A DNA stretch of 64,000 bases from Vulcanimicrobiota bacterium (GTDB lineage: Bacteria > Vulcanimicrobiota > Vulcanimicrobiia > Vulcanimicrobiales > Vulcanimicrobiaceae). Every line of letters starts with the position of its first letter. Positions within the stretch are counted from its first letter, which is position 1. The notes under the pieces were generated by a model that worked only from the letters and a program-made list of their open reading frames with translations, did no database searches and was not told where the DNA came from. The DNA lies in the NCBI GenBank assembly GCA_963695225.1, contig OY968762.1:2816001-2880000 (forward strand), in the 5' to 3' direction. A program made the translations under genes and the position numbers. Shown here in pieces: positions 37,516 through 47,012 of this stretch.

Positions 37516-38460
37516 CTATTGCGCCCGAACCACCGCTTTTAACGGCGCTTCGTTGACGCTGAGTTGGAAGATGTCCGGCCGAGCGTAATGTCCGACGACG
37601 TCGAGATCGTATTTGCCGCGAGCAATTTCGCGCAGGTCGATCTCGGCAAGCGCGATGCGTTCGCCTTCGAATGACGGGCTGACCAAGATGCGGCCGAGCG
37701 GGTCGATCGCGCACGAGCCGCCGCGGATCAGCACCTGCTCTTCCGCGCCGTCGCGATGTGCGGCGTGTTCGCGCGGGAACGCGGCCGACGTCATGTATTG
37801 ACAGGCGGAGAGCACGAAGCAGCGCCCCTCGAGCGCGATCGTCTGCATCGTGGGGAGCCACGTGTCGCGATCGTCGACCGTCGGGGCGCAATAGAGCTGG
37901 ATCCCCTTCGCATACATCGCCGTGCGCAGGAGGGGCATATAGTTTTCCCAGCAGATCACGGCGCCGATGCGGCCGAGCGAAGTCTGCACGACCGGAAGCG
38001 TCGATCCGTCGCCGAAGCCCCAGACAAGACGCTCGAGCGCCGTCGGCATCAGCTTGCGATGCTTCCCCAAGAGCGCGCCCTCGGGGCCGTAGATCAGCAC
38101 CGTGCAATAGAGCGTCCCGCCCGCGCGTTCGATCACGCCGGTGACGAGGTGGACGCCGTTCGCCCGCGCGGCTTCGCCGATCGCCGCGGCCTCGGGGCCG
38201 CCCGTTTCGATCGCGCCTTCGAAATAGCGGCGGAACTCCTCGCGCCCTTCGGCCGATCGCGAGCCCAGGCGCGCGCCGAAATCGAGCCCCTTCGGATAGC
38301 CGCCGACGAACGCTTCCGGGAACACGACGAGCTCAGCGCCCTGCCGGGCGGCATCCGCCGTGAGATCCGCGAGCTTGCGGAGGCTCGCAGCGGTATCGTA
38401 AAGGATCGAGCCCGCCTGCACGACGGCGGCTTTGAAAACAGATCTTTCGCTGCTATCCAT
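37516..38460 (-). CDS. Nitrilase (carbon-nitrogen hydrolase)
   Basis: FPEAF.GGYP (E), KHRKLMPT (K) and ICWENYMP (C) catalytic triad. Confidence 0.93.
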   Translation of the reverse strand: MDSSERSVFKAAVVQAGSILYDTAASLRKLADLTADAARQGAELVVFPEAFVGGYPKGLDFGARLGSRSAEGREEFRRYFEGAIETGGPEAAAIGEAARANGVHLVTGVIERAGGTLYCTVLIYGPEGALLGKHRKLMPTALERLVWGFGDGSTLPVVQTSLGRIGAVICWENYMPLLRTAMYAKGIQLYCAPTVDDRDTWLPTMQTIALEGRCFVLSACQYMTSAAFPREHAAHRDGAEEQVLIRGGSCAIDPLGRILVSPSFEGERIALAEIDLREIARGKYDLDVVGHYARPDIFQLSVNEAPLKAVVRAQ

Positions 38461-38594
38461 TGGCTGCTCCCTCGCTTGTCCCCGAGCCGTCTCGCGTTTC
38501 CGGCGCCGGCCCACTAGCTGAATCATCGCGATACGAGATGAGATTCGCGAACGCGCGCGCTTTTCGGCGCATACAGCGCGAGAACGGAGCATCC

Positions 38595-38623
38595 TTGATA
38601 AACCCAACCAGATTGGGTATAAT
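38595..38623 (+). promoter_or_regulatory. Near-consensus promoter with an operator-like inverted repeat in the spacer
   Basis: TTGATA, 17 nt, TATAAT; ACCCAA-N5-TTGGGT at 38602-38618. Confidence 0.75.
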
Positions 38624-38632
38624 GACGGCGTC

Positions 38633-39049
38633 ATGCCCAAGGCCGTAATCCCGACCGATGCCGAACTCGAGGCTGCCGAAAAGCGCGGTAGGGAGAAGGC
38701 GAAGTTGCCGACGGCACTCGCGTCCGCAACGCTCGATGAGGAAGCGAAGGCGGTGCGCCTGCGTTTTCGTGCCGGCGTCGAACTGGCGATCCCGATCAAG
38801 GCGATTGACGAAATCGCGAACGTTCCGATCGCGCGGCTGCGAGACGTGAAGGCTTCGCCGATTGGCGACGGCCTGATTTTCGATTGCGCCGACGTTGCGA
38901 TCTCCGTTCCGGGCCTGTTGCGCGACATATTCGGCGATGCGTTTGCGGGAGCGCTCGGCAAGATCGGCGGGCGTGCGCGATCGAGCGCCAAGGCAGCCGC
39001 CGCCCGCAAGAACGGCCGCAAAGGCGGCCGGCCGAGGAAAGTCGCCTGA
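38633..39049 (+). CDS. DUF2442-like protein with a basic C-terminal tail
   Basis: 'L.F..GVELAIP...I..L..V..SP.GDGL....D...S..GL' plus AKAAAARKNGRKGGRPRK. Confidence 0.75.
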   Translation: MPKAVIPTDAELEAAEKRGREKAKLPTALASATLDEEAKAVRLRFRAGVELAIPIKAIDEIANVPIARLRDVKASPIGDGLIFDCADVAISVPGLLRDIFGDAFAGALGKIGGRARSSAKAAAARKNGRKGGRPRKVA

Positions 39050-39329
39050 ATTCGTATCCGAGAGCCGCGCCGTTAAGGTAAAGAAATCCAGGCGATCGTC
39101 GGCTCAGCCTGCCGAAAATGTGTGCCGATAATCACTTGCATGATGTCGTGCGCTTGATAGGTCGTTGGTACAGTACAAGCTAGCTACTACGAACCGCTCA
39201 ACCCAAGAGCGGTCCGCTAGCCGGCGGCGTCAGCCGTTTGTCGCCACTCCGCGCTAAGCTCCCGTCATCCAACTCAGCATGAGGCTCGGGCCGCCCCTCG
39301 CCGGCTCCGGGCCAGAAAAGGGACTTTCT

Positions 39330-40469
39330 TTGCGAATTCAATCCGGGCTTGCGCTTCTAGCGCTGGTCGCTCTTTCCGCGTGCGGCGGCGGCGGCGGCTC
39401 CACCGGCACCGCGACGCTGCCCTCCACGAATCCCGCGCCGAACGGCAGCGCGAGAGCCGTTGCCTCCATCACGTTCAACGTCGCCAAGGCCGATCCGGGC
39501 TCGAACATCGGGAGCTCGACGACGACCGCATCCTCTTCGCGTAAGCCGCAATATCTGTCGTCGGCGACCGACAAGTTCGCCTTCATGCTCGACGGCAAGG
39601 AGGTCGTCGCCGATCAGGAAGTCGTCAATTTCAATAACGCGGGGCCTGCCGGCAACGGCACGTTCACCGATTCCGCGACGGGATCGACCGTCACGCTTTC
39701 GTACGACGGTTCGAATCCGGCGTACTTCACCGTCGGCGCCACGATCGTGACGACGCCGGGGACGCACAAGTTCGGCGTGGTCATCAAGAGCGGCACGCCG
39801 GCGTACGTCCTCTCCGAAGGGCAGGGCACGTACACGCTGCAGCCGACGTTCACCGGGCAAGCTCCGCAGGCGCTCGGCACGCTCGCGCTCAACGGCGCGA
39901 TCGGCAGCGGGTACATCGAGTGCGATACCTGGGCGCAGAACGTCGCGACCCCCGCCGGCACGTGCAACAGCGGCGAAAACTACAGCAACGGCACGTACTA
40001 CTTCACCGCGGTCGCGGCCGATTACGACGGATTCCCCATCGTCGACCAGGGGATCCCGTTCGACAACGGCGGCTACTCGGTCGTCGAAACGGACGGCAAC
40101 GGCATCGTCACGCTCGGCTACAACGGGCCGTTCACGACGCCGGGCAGCAACCTGACCGGTCCCTCGAGCGGGTGGGTCGCGGGATCCACGTTCAAGTACG
40201 GCAATCGCTTCACGGCCACGTGCAACAAGGTGGGTACGGCAACCCTCGGCCTGCAGCTTACGAGCGGGCAGGGCGCCGCTCCGCTGACGCCCGTCGACGG
40301 GTACGACTACAACGGTGCGCTGCCGGTCGCAACCGGGTACGCTCCGCCGTCGCAAACCCCGGGCTCCATCCTGCCGCTCGGGAGCAAGACGTCCGTCAGC
40401 TCCGGGCGCTTGCCGCAGTACAACGTCACGGTCAACTGCAGCGCCACGGGAACGCTCACGCTGATCTAA
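39330..40469 (+). CDS. Gly/Thr-rich surface lipoprotein
   Basis: TTG after AAAGGGA; lipobox LSAC followed by GGGGGS; beta-rich. Confidence 0.8.
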   Translation: MRIQSGLALLALVALSACGGGGGSTGTATLPSTNPAPNGSARAVASITFNVAKADPGSNIGSSTTTASSSRKPQYLSSATDKFAFMLDGKEVVADQEVVNFNNAGPAGNGTFTDSATGSTVTLSYDGSNPAYFTVGATIVTTPGTHKFGVVIKSGTPAYVLSEGQGTYTLQPTFTGQAPQALGTLALNGAIGSGYIECDTWAQNVATPAGTCNSGENYSNGTYYFTAVAADYDGFPIVDQGIPFDNGGYSVVETDGNGIVTLGYNGPFTTPGSNLTGPSSGWVAGSTFKYGNRFTATCNKVGTATLGLQLTSGQGAAPLTPVDGYDYNGALPVATGYAPPSQTPGSILPLGSKTSVSSGRLPQYNVTVNCSATGTLTLI

Positions 40470-40490
40470 CCGGCACCCCGGCAGAAGGAG

Positions 40491-40520
40491 AGGGACCGCG
40501 TTTCGGCGCGGTCCCTTTTC
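40491..40520 (+). terminator. Intrinsic terminator between convergent genes
   Basis: AGGGACCGCG-tttcgg-CGCGGTCCCT followed by a T run. Confidence 0.8.
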
Positions 40521-40539
40521 GTTGGAGCCGGGCGTTGCC

Positions 40540-41034
40540 TCAGACGACGACTTCCCGCAGGTGGCCGGTCTCCACTTCGTAGACGAAGCCGCGCACGCGG
40601 TCGCGGTGCGGGAGATACGGATGCTCGCGGACGCGCGCGATCGCGGTGCGCACGGCTTCGTCGATATCGTGGAAGGCGCCGAATGCGTACGGCGGCGGGT
40701 GGCCGGCGTCGGCCGCGATCTCGGCGCGGAGCGCTTCCTCGTCCGCATCGTGCAGCCCGCAATCCGTGTGGTGCATCAAAACGATCTCGCGCGTTTGGAG
40801 GACGCGCTGCGAGAGGACGAGCGAACGCAGCACGTCTTCAGTGACGAGCCCGCCCGCGTTGCGCAGAATGTGCGCTTCGCCCGAATCGAGCCCGAAGATG
40901 CGGAAGTTGTCGATGCGGGAATCCATGCAGGTCACGATCGCCACGTGCCGGGCCGGAATGATGGCATGCGGCCCCTCGAAATCGGCCTCGTGGATGACGG
41001 CGTTGGAAAGAAGTACTTCGATCGCAGTGCTCAC
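40540..41034 (-). CDS. Beta-class carbonic anhydrase (short, clade D-like)
   Basis: CMDSR, RNAGG and HTDCG zinc motifs. Confidence 0.92.
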   Translation of the reverse strand: MSTAIEVLLSNAVIHEADFEGPHAIIPARHVAIVTCMDSRIDNFRIFGLDSGEAHILRNAGGLVTEDVLRSLVLSQRVLQTREIVLMHHTDCGLHDADEEALRAEIAADAGHPPPYAFGAFHDIDEAVRTAIARVREHPYLPHRDRVRGFVYEVETGHLREVVV

Positions 41035-41319
41035 GGGGGGCTACCGTTGGCGGCGCCGCCCGCCCGGACCTTGATCCATGGCACGTGACAGCTCGTGGCG
41101 CACGTCTCGCGCTCTTTTGGTCTGATCCCGGTAGGTCTCACGTGCATCTGGCAGAGCGAACCGGTCGACGTTGCCGCTGCACGATCCCCGCGCGACGCTG
41201 GATGCCGGGCTCACGATGAGGACGGTCGAAGCAGTCTTCTCTGCAAGGGGTGCACGGCGATCGGGCCCGGGGTCAAGGTCCATCTCGTAGCAGGTCGCCG
41301 CTCCAGCCGCGTCTACGAA

Positions 41320-41402
41320 CAAAATGGGCTATTTGGGTCCTTCCGATGCGCGGCGAGCGTTTGTTAAGCTCAGACGCAGACATAGGCGTGCGTCTTGGTA
41401 TG
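41320..41402 (+). repeat. Repeated promoter element, copy 1
   Basis: 83 bp with 8 mismatches (by eye) to 43555-43637. Confidence 0.85.
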
Positions 41403-41643
41403 ACCACGCGCATGTCGGATACTCGGCAAGAAGGTCGTACTAACTCCTTCTAACTTCTCTATTTGCTGCGACACGGCCGGCACGCACTCTGGACGAAGAC
41501 TGAGTGATACGCTCTCAATGGGAAAGTGCTCGCGGATCTCGGCTTCCGTGAGATGTGAGAAGTCGAGGGTATCGCGGCGCTGGAGTCTACCGCAGTGCAT
41601 ATTCCGCAATTCGACTTGATTCGGTGAAGATGGAACTACACCC

Positions 41644-42399
41644 ATGACTGCTGGCTGGTCTTCATTGCGGTCGGGGATTAGCCCTTATCTCCCCAAGGCG
41701 ATCTTCCGGCGCCCCATTCGCGTGAAGCTAAATGAACCAATCGTGTCCTTTACCTTTGACGATTTTCCCCGCTCCGCGGTGCTTGCCGGCAGCCCGCTGC
41801 TGCAACACTACGGTGGTCGCGGAACCTATTACGCGGCGCTGGGATTGATCGGCACGGAAGGCGTTCACGGTGCCATGCTGACCCGCGACGATCTCGAGAT
41901 CTTGATCGCCGACGGCCATGAGATCGGATGCCATACCTATTCGCACGTTTCCGCGCGGCGCACGGATACCGCGGGGTTTGTATCAGATATTTCTAAGAAC
42001 CGCCAACGCATGGAGGAGCTGCATCCAGGCCGCTCCATGAGCAATTTTGCCTATCCGTACGGTGAATTGACGCTACGGTTAAAGAGGCGGATGCGCCGAT
42101 ACGCGGATAGTTCGCGCAGTACCTATAACGGGATTAACCGTGGTTGGGCGGACCTCGATCTCTTGTTGTGCCAGAACCTTTTTGAGAATGTTCCTCTTCG
42201 GCACGTGAAGCAAGTGGTGGACGACTGCGGCGACCGGCCAGGATGGGTTATCTTCTACGGACATGAGGTTTGCGAGAACCCCTCGCCTTACGGATGCACG
42301 CCGGCGTACTTCGAAGCCGTCCTGAAGATCGTAACGAGAAAGTGCCGCGTAATGACCGTCGGCGACGCCCTGGCTTTCATCCGAAGTGTGCCGGCGTAG
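41644..42399 (+). CDS. Polysaccharide deacetylase (CE4/NodB)
   Basis: TFDD, HEIGCHTYSH and FAYPYG motifs. Confidence 0.9.
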   Translation: MTAGWSSLRSGISPYLPKAIFRRPIRVKLNEPIVSFTFDDFPRSAVLAGSPLLQHYGGRGTYYAALGLIGTEGVHGAMLTRDDLEILIADGHEIGCHTYSHVSARRTDTAGFVSDISKNRQRMEELHPGRSMSNFAYPYGELTLRLKRRMRRYADSSRSTYNGINRGWADLDLLLCQNLFENVPLRHVKQVVDDCGDRPGWVIFYGHEVCENPSPYGCTPAYFEAVLKIVTRKCRVMTVGDALAFIRSVPA

Positions 42400-42554
42400 T
42401 CTTGAGGGTCCGCGAGTTTCTTGCGATAGACTCCGATGCCTCGCGTTAAGAATCGGTGGCCTCAGACCATGAACATGATCGTGAGGTGGGCCGTTGCGGT
42501 GAGCAGAGCGAATCGTGTGCAAAGTGTGCGCACGTTGCGCTGTTGAGAGGTGGC

Positions 42555-43508
42555 ATGGAAATATCGGTCATCATTTGCACGCGAAACAGAGCAAGTCAGC
42601 TCTCCGAGTTGTTGACTTCGATGTGCGGCCTTGCTCATCCGGGAGTTGATTGGGAGTGTATAGTCGTCGACAACGGAAGCACGGACAATACGGCAGAGGT
42701 AGTGGAATCGTTTGAAGGTTTGCTTCCGATCAGGCGCGTGATGGAGCCGGCTGCAGGCGTCTCAAACGCCAGGAATGCCGGCGTTATTGCGGCCAAGGGT
42801 CGCTATATCGTTTGGACGGACGACGATGTCCTTGTAGAGCCGAACTGGCTCGCTGGATATGGGAGAGCGTTTAGGCGCTGGCCTGATGCCGCCGTGTTTG
42901 GCGGTAAGATCACGCCCCTTCTTCGGCCTCCGACGCCCGACTGGTTTCAGCGTGGAACGAAGTATCTCACGGATGTTCTCGGGGCCCGCAACCTTGGGGA
43001 TAAGCCGATTCACCTTTCCATGATTGACTACCAGATACCATATGGGGCGAATTATGCCGTCAGAGCCGCGGAGCAGCAGCAGCATCGCTATGACCCTTCC
43101 CTAGGAGTTGCTCCGGGACGTCGCCTTGGCGGGGAAGAAGTCGACGTTATCAAGAGGATTCTGGAGTCAGGCAAGGAGGGACGGTGGGTTCCGGACGTGG
43201 GGGTCCAGCACATCGTTCCGCCTTCGCACCAGACAGTCGCGTATATCGCCCGCTATTACGAAGCAGTCGGCGAATACGAGGTCTATTCGGCGATCAGGAG
43301 CGGCGGTGTCGGATATGGGCCAATCTCACTGCTCATCTTGGCTGCGACGGTCCCAGCCAGTTTTATCGGATATCATCTTGCGCGCGCTTTGGGCTTGGGC
43401 ACGTGGGCCCGTTTTCTTAGAAGGTACGCCCGAAACCGCGGAGTGCTGAAGACTTGGCTACATTCGTTCCTAGTAACTGGTTTCAGAGAATCTCGCAAAG
43501 GCTTGTGA
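42555..43508 (+). CDS. GT2 glycosyltransferase
   Basis: SVIICTRNR, VVDNGSTD and WTDDD motifs. Confidence 0.92.
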   Translation: MEISVIICTRNRASQLSELLTSMCGLAHPGVDWECIVVDNGSTDNTAEVVESFEGLLPIRRVMEPAAGVSNARNAGVIAAKGRYIVWTDDDVLVEPNWLAGYGRAFRRWPDAAVFGGKITPLLRPPTPDWFQRGTKYLTDVLGARNLGDKPIHLSMIDYQIPYGANYAVRAAEQQQHRYDPSLGVAPGRRLGGEEVDVIKRILESGKEGRWVPDVGVQHIVPPSHQTVAYIARYYEAVGEYEVYSAIRSGGVGYGPISLLILAATVPASFIGYHLARALGLGTWARFLRRYARNRGVLKTWLHSFLVTGFRESRKGL

Positions 43509-43554
43509 CACGCCGCTCGGGTTGCATGTACGTGCAATAGACCGCACCTACAAG

Positions 43555-43637
43555 CAAAATGGGCTATTTGGGTCCTTCCGATTCGCGGTGAGCGTTTGTT
43601 AAGCTCAGAGCCAGACATAAGCGTGTGATTTGGTATG
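43555..43637 (+). repeat. Repeated promoter element, copy 2
   Basis: Near-identical to 41320-41402. Confidence 0.85.
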
Positions 43638-43751
43638 GGCATTCGTTGTGTCACATAGGCGATGCGAAAATGGTAGTAAGTCCTACTTCTCGATGTGTTG
43701 CGAAGCGATCGGGTTCAGGCGCGCAGTCCTTGCTTGGTCAAGGCCCCGCTG

Positions 43752-44384
43752 ATGGATGATCCGGCGGAAAGCATGATTGTGGCGCCGGACGTATTCGTCT
43801 ACCGGCGATTGTCGGCGGAAGGTCGCCTGCGGCGCGCTGTCGATATCGCCGGCGCTTTAGTACTAGGCATGGTTGCATTGCCGATCCTGCTTTTCGCATG
43901 CATTGCGATCTACGTTGAGGACGGAACGCCGTTTGTCTTCCGGCAACAGCGCGTCGGCCAGTTCGGACGGCTGTTCACAATCTTCAAGCTTCGGACGATG
44001 CGGGCGGCCACGTGCGGTGAGGCTTATAAGCCGAAACGGGGGGACTCGCGGATCACGCGCGTCGGTGCGGTCCTTCGGAAGCTTTCGATCGATGAGCTGC
44101 CGCAGCTTTTCAACGTGTTGCGCGGGGACATGGCGATCGTCGGCCCGCGGCCGGAGATGCCGTTCATCGTACGCCGGTACGAGAACTGGCAGCACTTGCG
44201 GCTGCTGGCGAAGCCCGGCCTGACGTGCATCTGGCAAGCGAAGTGCCGGTCGACGGTCCCGCTCGATCATCCTCGGGCGACGCTGATGGACCTCGACTAC
44301 ATCGAACGCGCGTCGCCGGCGATGGATACCGAGCTCATCCTGCGGACGATCGGCGCCGTTTTCTCAACGCGGGGAGCACGGTAA
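43752..44384 (+). CDS. Priming phosphoglycosyltransferase (bacterial sugar transferase)
   Basis: FKLRTM, SIDELPQLFNV..GDM..VGPRP and KPGLT motifs. Confidence 0.93.
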   Translation: MDDPAESMIVAPDVFVYRRLSAEGRLRRAVDIAGALVLGMVALPILLFACIAIYVEDGTPFVFRQQRVGQFGRLFTIFKLRTMRAATCGEAYKPKRGDSRITRVGAVLRKLSIDELPQLFNVLRGDMAIVGPRPEMPFIVRRYENWQHLRLLAKPGLTCIWQAKCRSTVPLDHPRATLMDLDYIERASPAMDTELILRTIGAVFSTRGAR

Positions 44385-44567
44385 ACGTGATCAGATCAGG
44401 ATCGATCTGCGTCGTAGGAACGTGTACGTTCTTGCGAACGAAGTCGCGAGCGTCTGCGGCGCGCTAGGAACGGCTGTGGACGACTATCAAGGCATCGTGC
44501 GGCGACTTACTGGAACGGATGAATTCGATGCGTTTCCCGGCGAGGGACGGCCAGCGGAAGCGCTCTG

Positions 44568-45638
44568 ATGCGAATCCTGCATCTGCTCAACACGCACGTG
44601 GACGCGGGAAACGGCATCGTCAACGTGGCGATCGATCTCGCGTGCCTACAGGCGAAAATGGGACATTCGGTCGCGATCGCGTCGAGCAGAGGCGATTTCA
44701 GGGCGCTGCTCGCGGCGCACGGCGTAGAAATATTTTCACTGCCGCTTCCGGTGGGCTGCTCCGCGGCGCGCTTGGGTCGCGCGACGGAACTCCCGAAGGG
44801 CGTCCTCGGTTTGCGCCGCGTGGTGCGGTGCTGGAAGCCCGACATCGTGCACGCGCACATGGTCACCGGCCTCGTCGTCGTTCGCTTGGGGTTCCTGCGC
44901 CCTCCGTTTCGGCTGGTGAGTACGGTGCACAACGAGTTTCAGCGCGGCGCGCCGCTGATGGGTTTGGCCGATCGCGTTATCGCCGTCAGCCAAGCTGTCG
45001 CGGCGAATCTGCGGCGGCGCGGCATTCGCGCGCGCAAGATCGCCGTTGTTCCGAACGGCCCGCTCGAGACGCCGCGCCGCGCGAGCACGCCGTCGCCGAT
45101 GATCTTGCAGCGTCCGGCGGTGTTAACCGTCGGCGGCCTCTACGAACGCAAGGGTATCGCCGACGTCATAGCGGCCTTTGAAATCCTCGCCGCGACCGTG
45201 CCCGCGGCGCATCTCTACATCGTCGGCGAGGGCCCGGACCGCGAGCGCTTCCGCGCTCAAGCGGAGCGCTCGAGCGTCGCCGCCCGCATCCACTTCGAGG
45301 GCTTCCAGCGGGACCCGCGGCCCTACATGCTTGCCAGCGACGTCTTCGTCCTCGCCTCGCACCGCGAGCCCTTCGGCCTCGTTATTCCGGAGGCGCGCGA
45401 GTGCGGGTGCGCGATCGTCGCTAGCGCCGTCGACGGGATCCCGGAGACCATCGACGGCGGAGCGCGCGGGATCCTGGTCGCGCCACGCCATCCCGCGGCG
45501 CTTGCGGCTGTGCTCGCGGACCTGCTCACGGATCGCGCAAACCTTGCAACCTGGCGCGCGCGTGCCGTCGAAGGCTTGGAGTGGCTGAGCGCCTCGCGGG
45601 CGGCGCGTGATACGCTCGCCGTTTACGCGGAAGCCTGA
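44568..45638 (+). CDS. GT4 glycosyltransferase
   Basis: ERKG and EPFGLVIPEA motifs. Confidence 0.9.
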   Translation: MRILHLLNTHVDAGNGIVNVAIDLACLQAKMGHSVAIASSRGDFRALLAAHGVEIFSLPLPVGCSAARLGRATELPKGVLGLRRVVRCWKPDIVHAHMVTGLVVVRLGFLRPPFRLVSTVHNEFQRGAPLMGLADRVIAVSQAVAANLRRRGIRARKIAVVPNGPLETPRRASTPSPMILQRPAVLTVGGLYERKGIADVIAAFEILAATVPAAHLYIVGEGPDRERFRAQAERSSVAARIHFEGFQRDPRPYMLASDVFVLASHREPFGLVIPEARECGCAIVASAVDGIPETIDGGARGILVAPRHPAALAAVLADLLTDRANLATWRARAVEGLEWLSASRAARDTLAVYAEA

Positions 45639-45854
45639 GGCCGCTCCCGTGCGCGTTTACGGGCGTGGCAAGCCGGGGCGTTCGAGCAACGGGCCGAGAT
45701 CGCTTTGACTGAGTGCCCAGATAGGCAATTTGGTCGCTTCTGCAGGGGGTGGAAATTTGCTAGACTTAGCCACGCATCCAAGCGTGGCGCCCTAGGCGCT
45801 GCCTATTTCCTGTGAGCTGTGGAAGATGTTGACGACGCCAGTAGCTCGTGACCG

Positions 45855-47012
45855 ATGAAGATAGCGTGCGTGGGGACAGGATGGTATCCCCAGAACATCG
45901 GCGGCTTAGAGAAATACGTTTCGGGGATGAGCCGTGAGCTCACGAATTCCGGCGACGACGTGACGCTTTTCGTCACGGGAACACCGACAAGCTGGAGCGA
46001 TCGCGCACGCGTCTGGAGTTTCGGCGATCCACGAGCGACGGCGTTACGGCGTGTCATGGAGGCGCGAAAGTGCTTTGCGCAACACTATCGCGAACCGTAC
46101 GACGTCCTCAACCTTCATTTCGCACTGAATGCCCTTCCCGTTTTACCGCTGGTATCGAAACGCACTCCAAGGGTGTACCATTTCCATGGCCCCTGGGCGG
46201 AAGAGAGCCGTGTCGAGGGAGCCGGAGCGCTTTCAGCCGCGGTTAAGCATCAAGTAGAGCGATTTGTATTTCGGAGAATGGATCGATTCGTGACGCTGAG
46301 CTCGGCGTTCAAGACGGTGCTTAGGGATTCGTACGGCGTTTCCGAGGATCGGATAACCGTCGTTCCAATGGGAACGGATACTTCGTTTTTTGCTCCGGCG
46401 CGCGATCGGGCGGCGACGCGACGGTCGCTCGGATGGCCTCTCGACAAGAAAGTGATCTTTACGGCGAGACGCCTCGTGCGCAGAGTCGGCATCGCCGAAT
46501 TGCTGGAGGCCGCCGCGGCCCTGAAAGCCGCTGATATACCGATCGCAATACGCATTGCGGGAAACGGACCGCTGGCGCAGGAGATTCGGGATTCGATAGA
46601 CCGGCTCAATTTGCACGATATCGTGGAACTGTTGGGTTTTGTTTCCGACGAGGATCTCGTGCGCTGCTACCAGGCCGCCGACATGACCGTGCTCCCTAGT
46701 CAGGCGCTCGAGGGCTTTGGGACGGCCATCAGCGAGTCGCTATCGTGCGGTACGCCCGTTCTTGTTACGCCCGTCGGCGGAATGCCCGAAGCGGTCACGC
46801 CTCTCGATGCAAACTTGATTGCGCGTTCGCCCTCCGCGCATGATATCACAGATATCCTAGGCCGGGCTTGCACCGGCGCCCTTGCGCTTCCAGGCGCCGA
46901 TGTCTGCCGGGCGTTCGCCCTAGACCATAGCAGTTGGGGGTCGGTGTGCGCGCGGCTACGCGAAGTCTTTGCTCTAGCCGCCGAGGGACGCAGCGCGATC
47001 CGCGTCGCCTGA
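45855..47012 (+). CDS. GT4 glycosyltransferase
   Basis: HFHGPWAEE and EGFGTAISES motifs. Confidence 0.9.
   Translation: MKIACVGTGWYPQNIGGLEKYVSGMSRELTNSGDDVTLFVTGTPTSWSDRARVWSFGDPRATALRRVMEARKCFAQHYREPYDVLNLHFALNALPVLPLVSKRTPRVYHFHGPWAEESRVEGAGALSAAVKHQVERFVFRRMDRFVTLSSAFKTVLRDSYGVSEDRITVVPMGTDTSFFAPARDRAATRRSLGWPLDKKVIFTARRLVRRVGIAELLEAAAALKAADIPIAIRIAGNGPLAQEIRDSIDRLNLHDIVELLGFVSDEDLVRCYQAADMTVLPSQALEGFGTAISESLSCGTPVLVTPVGGMPEAVTPLDANLIARSPSAHDITDILGRACTGALALPGADVCRAFALDHSSWGSVCARLREVFALAAEGRSAIRVA

Noticed and set aside
38461..39021. N-terminal extension of the nitrilase in the 501-aa ORF call
   Set aside because: Antisense to the DUF2442-like gene and its promoter; the ATG at 38460 has an SD and gives a normal length.
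25492..41300. Prophage, integrase or IS element explaining the accessory region
   Set aside because: No integrase, transposase, phage structural gene or tRNA recognised.
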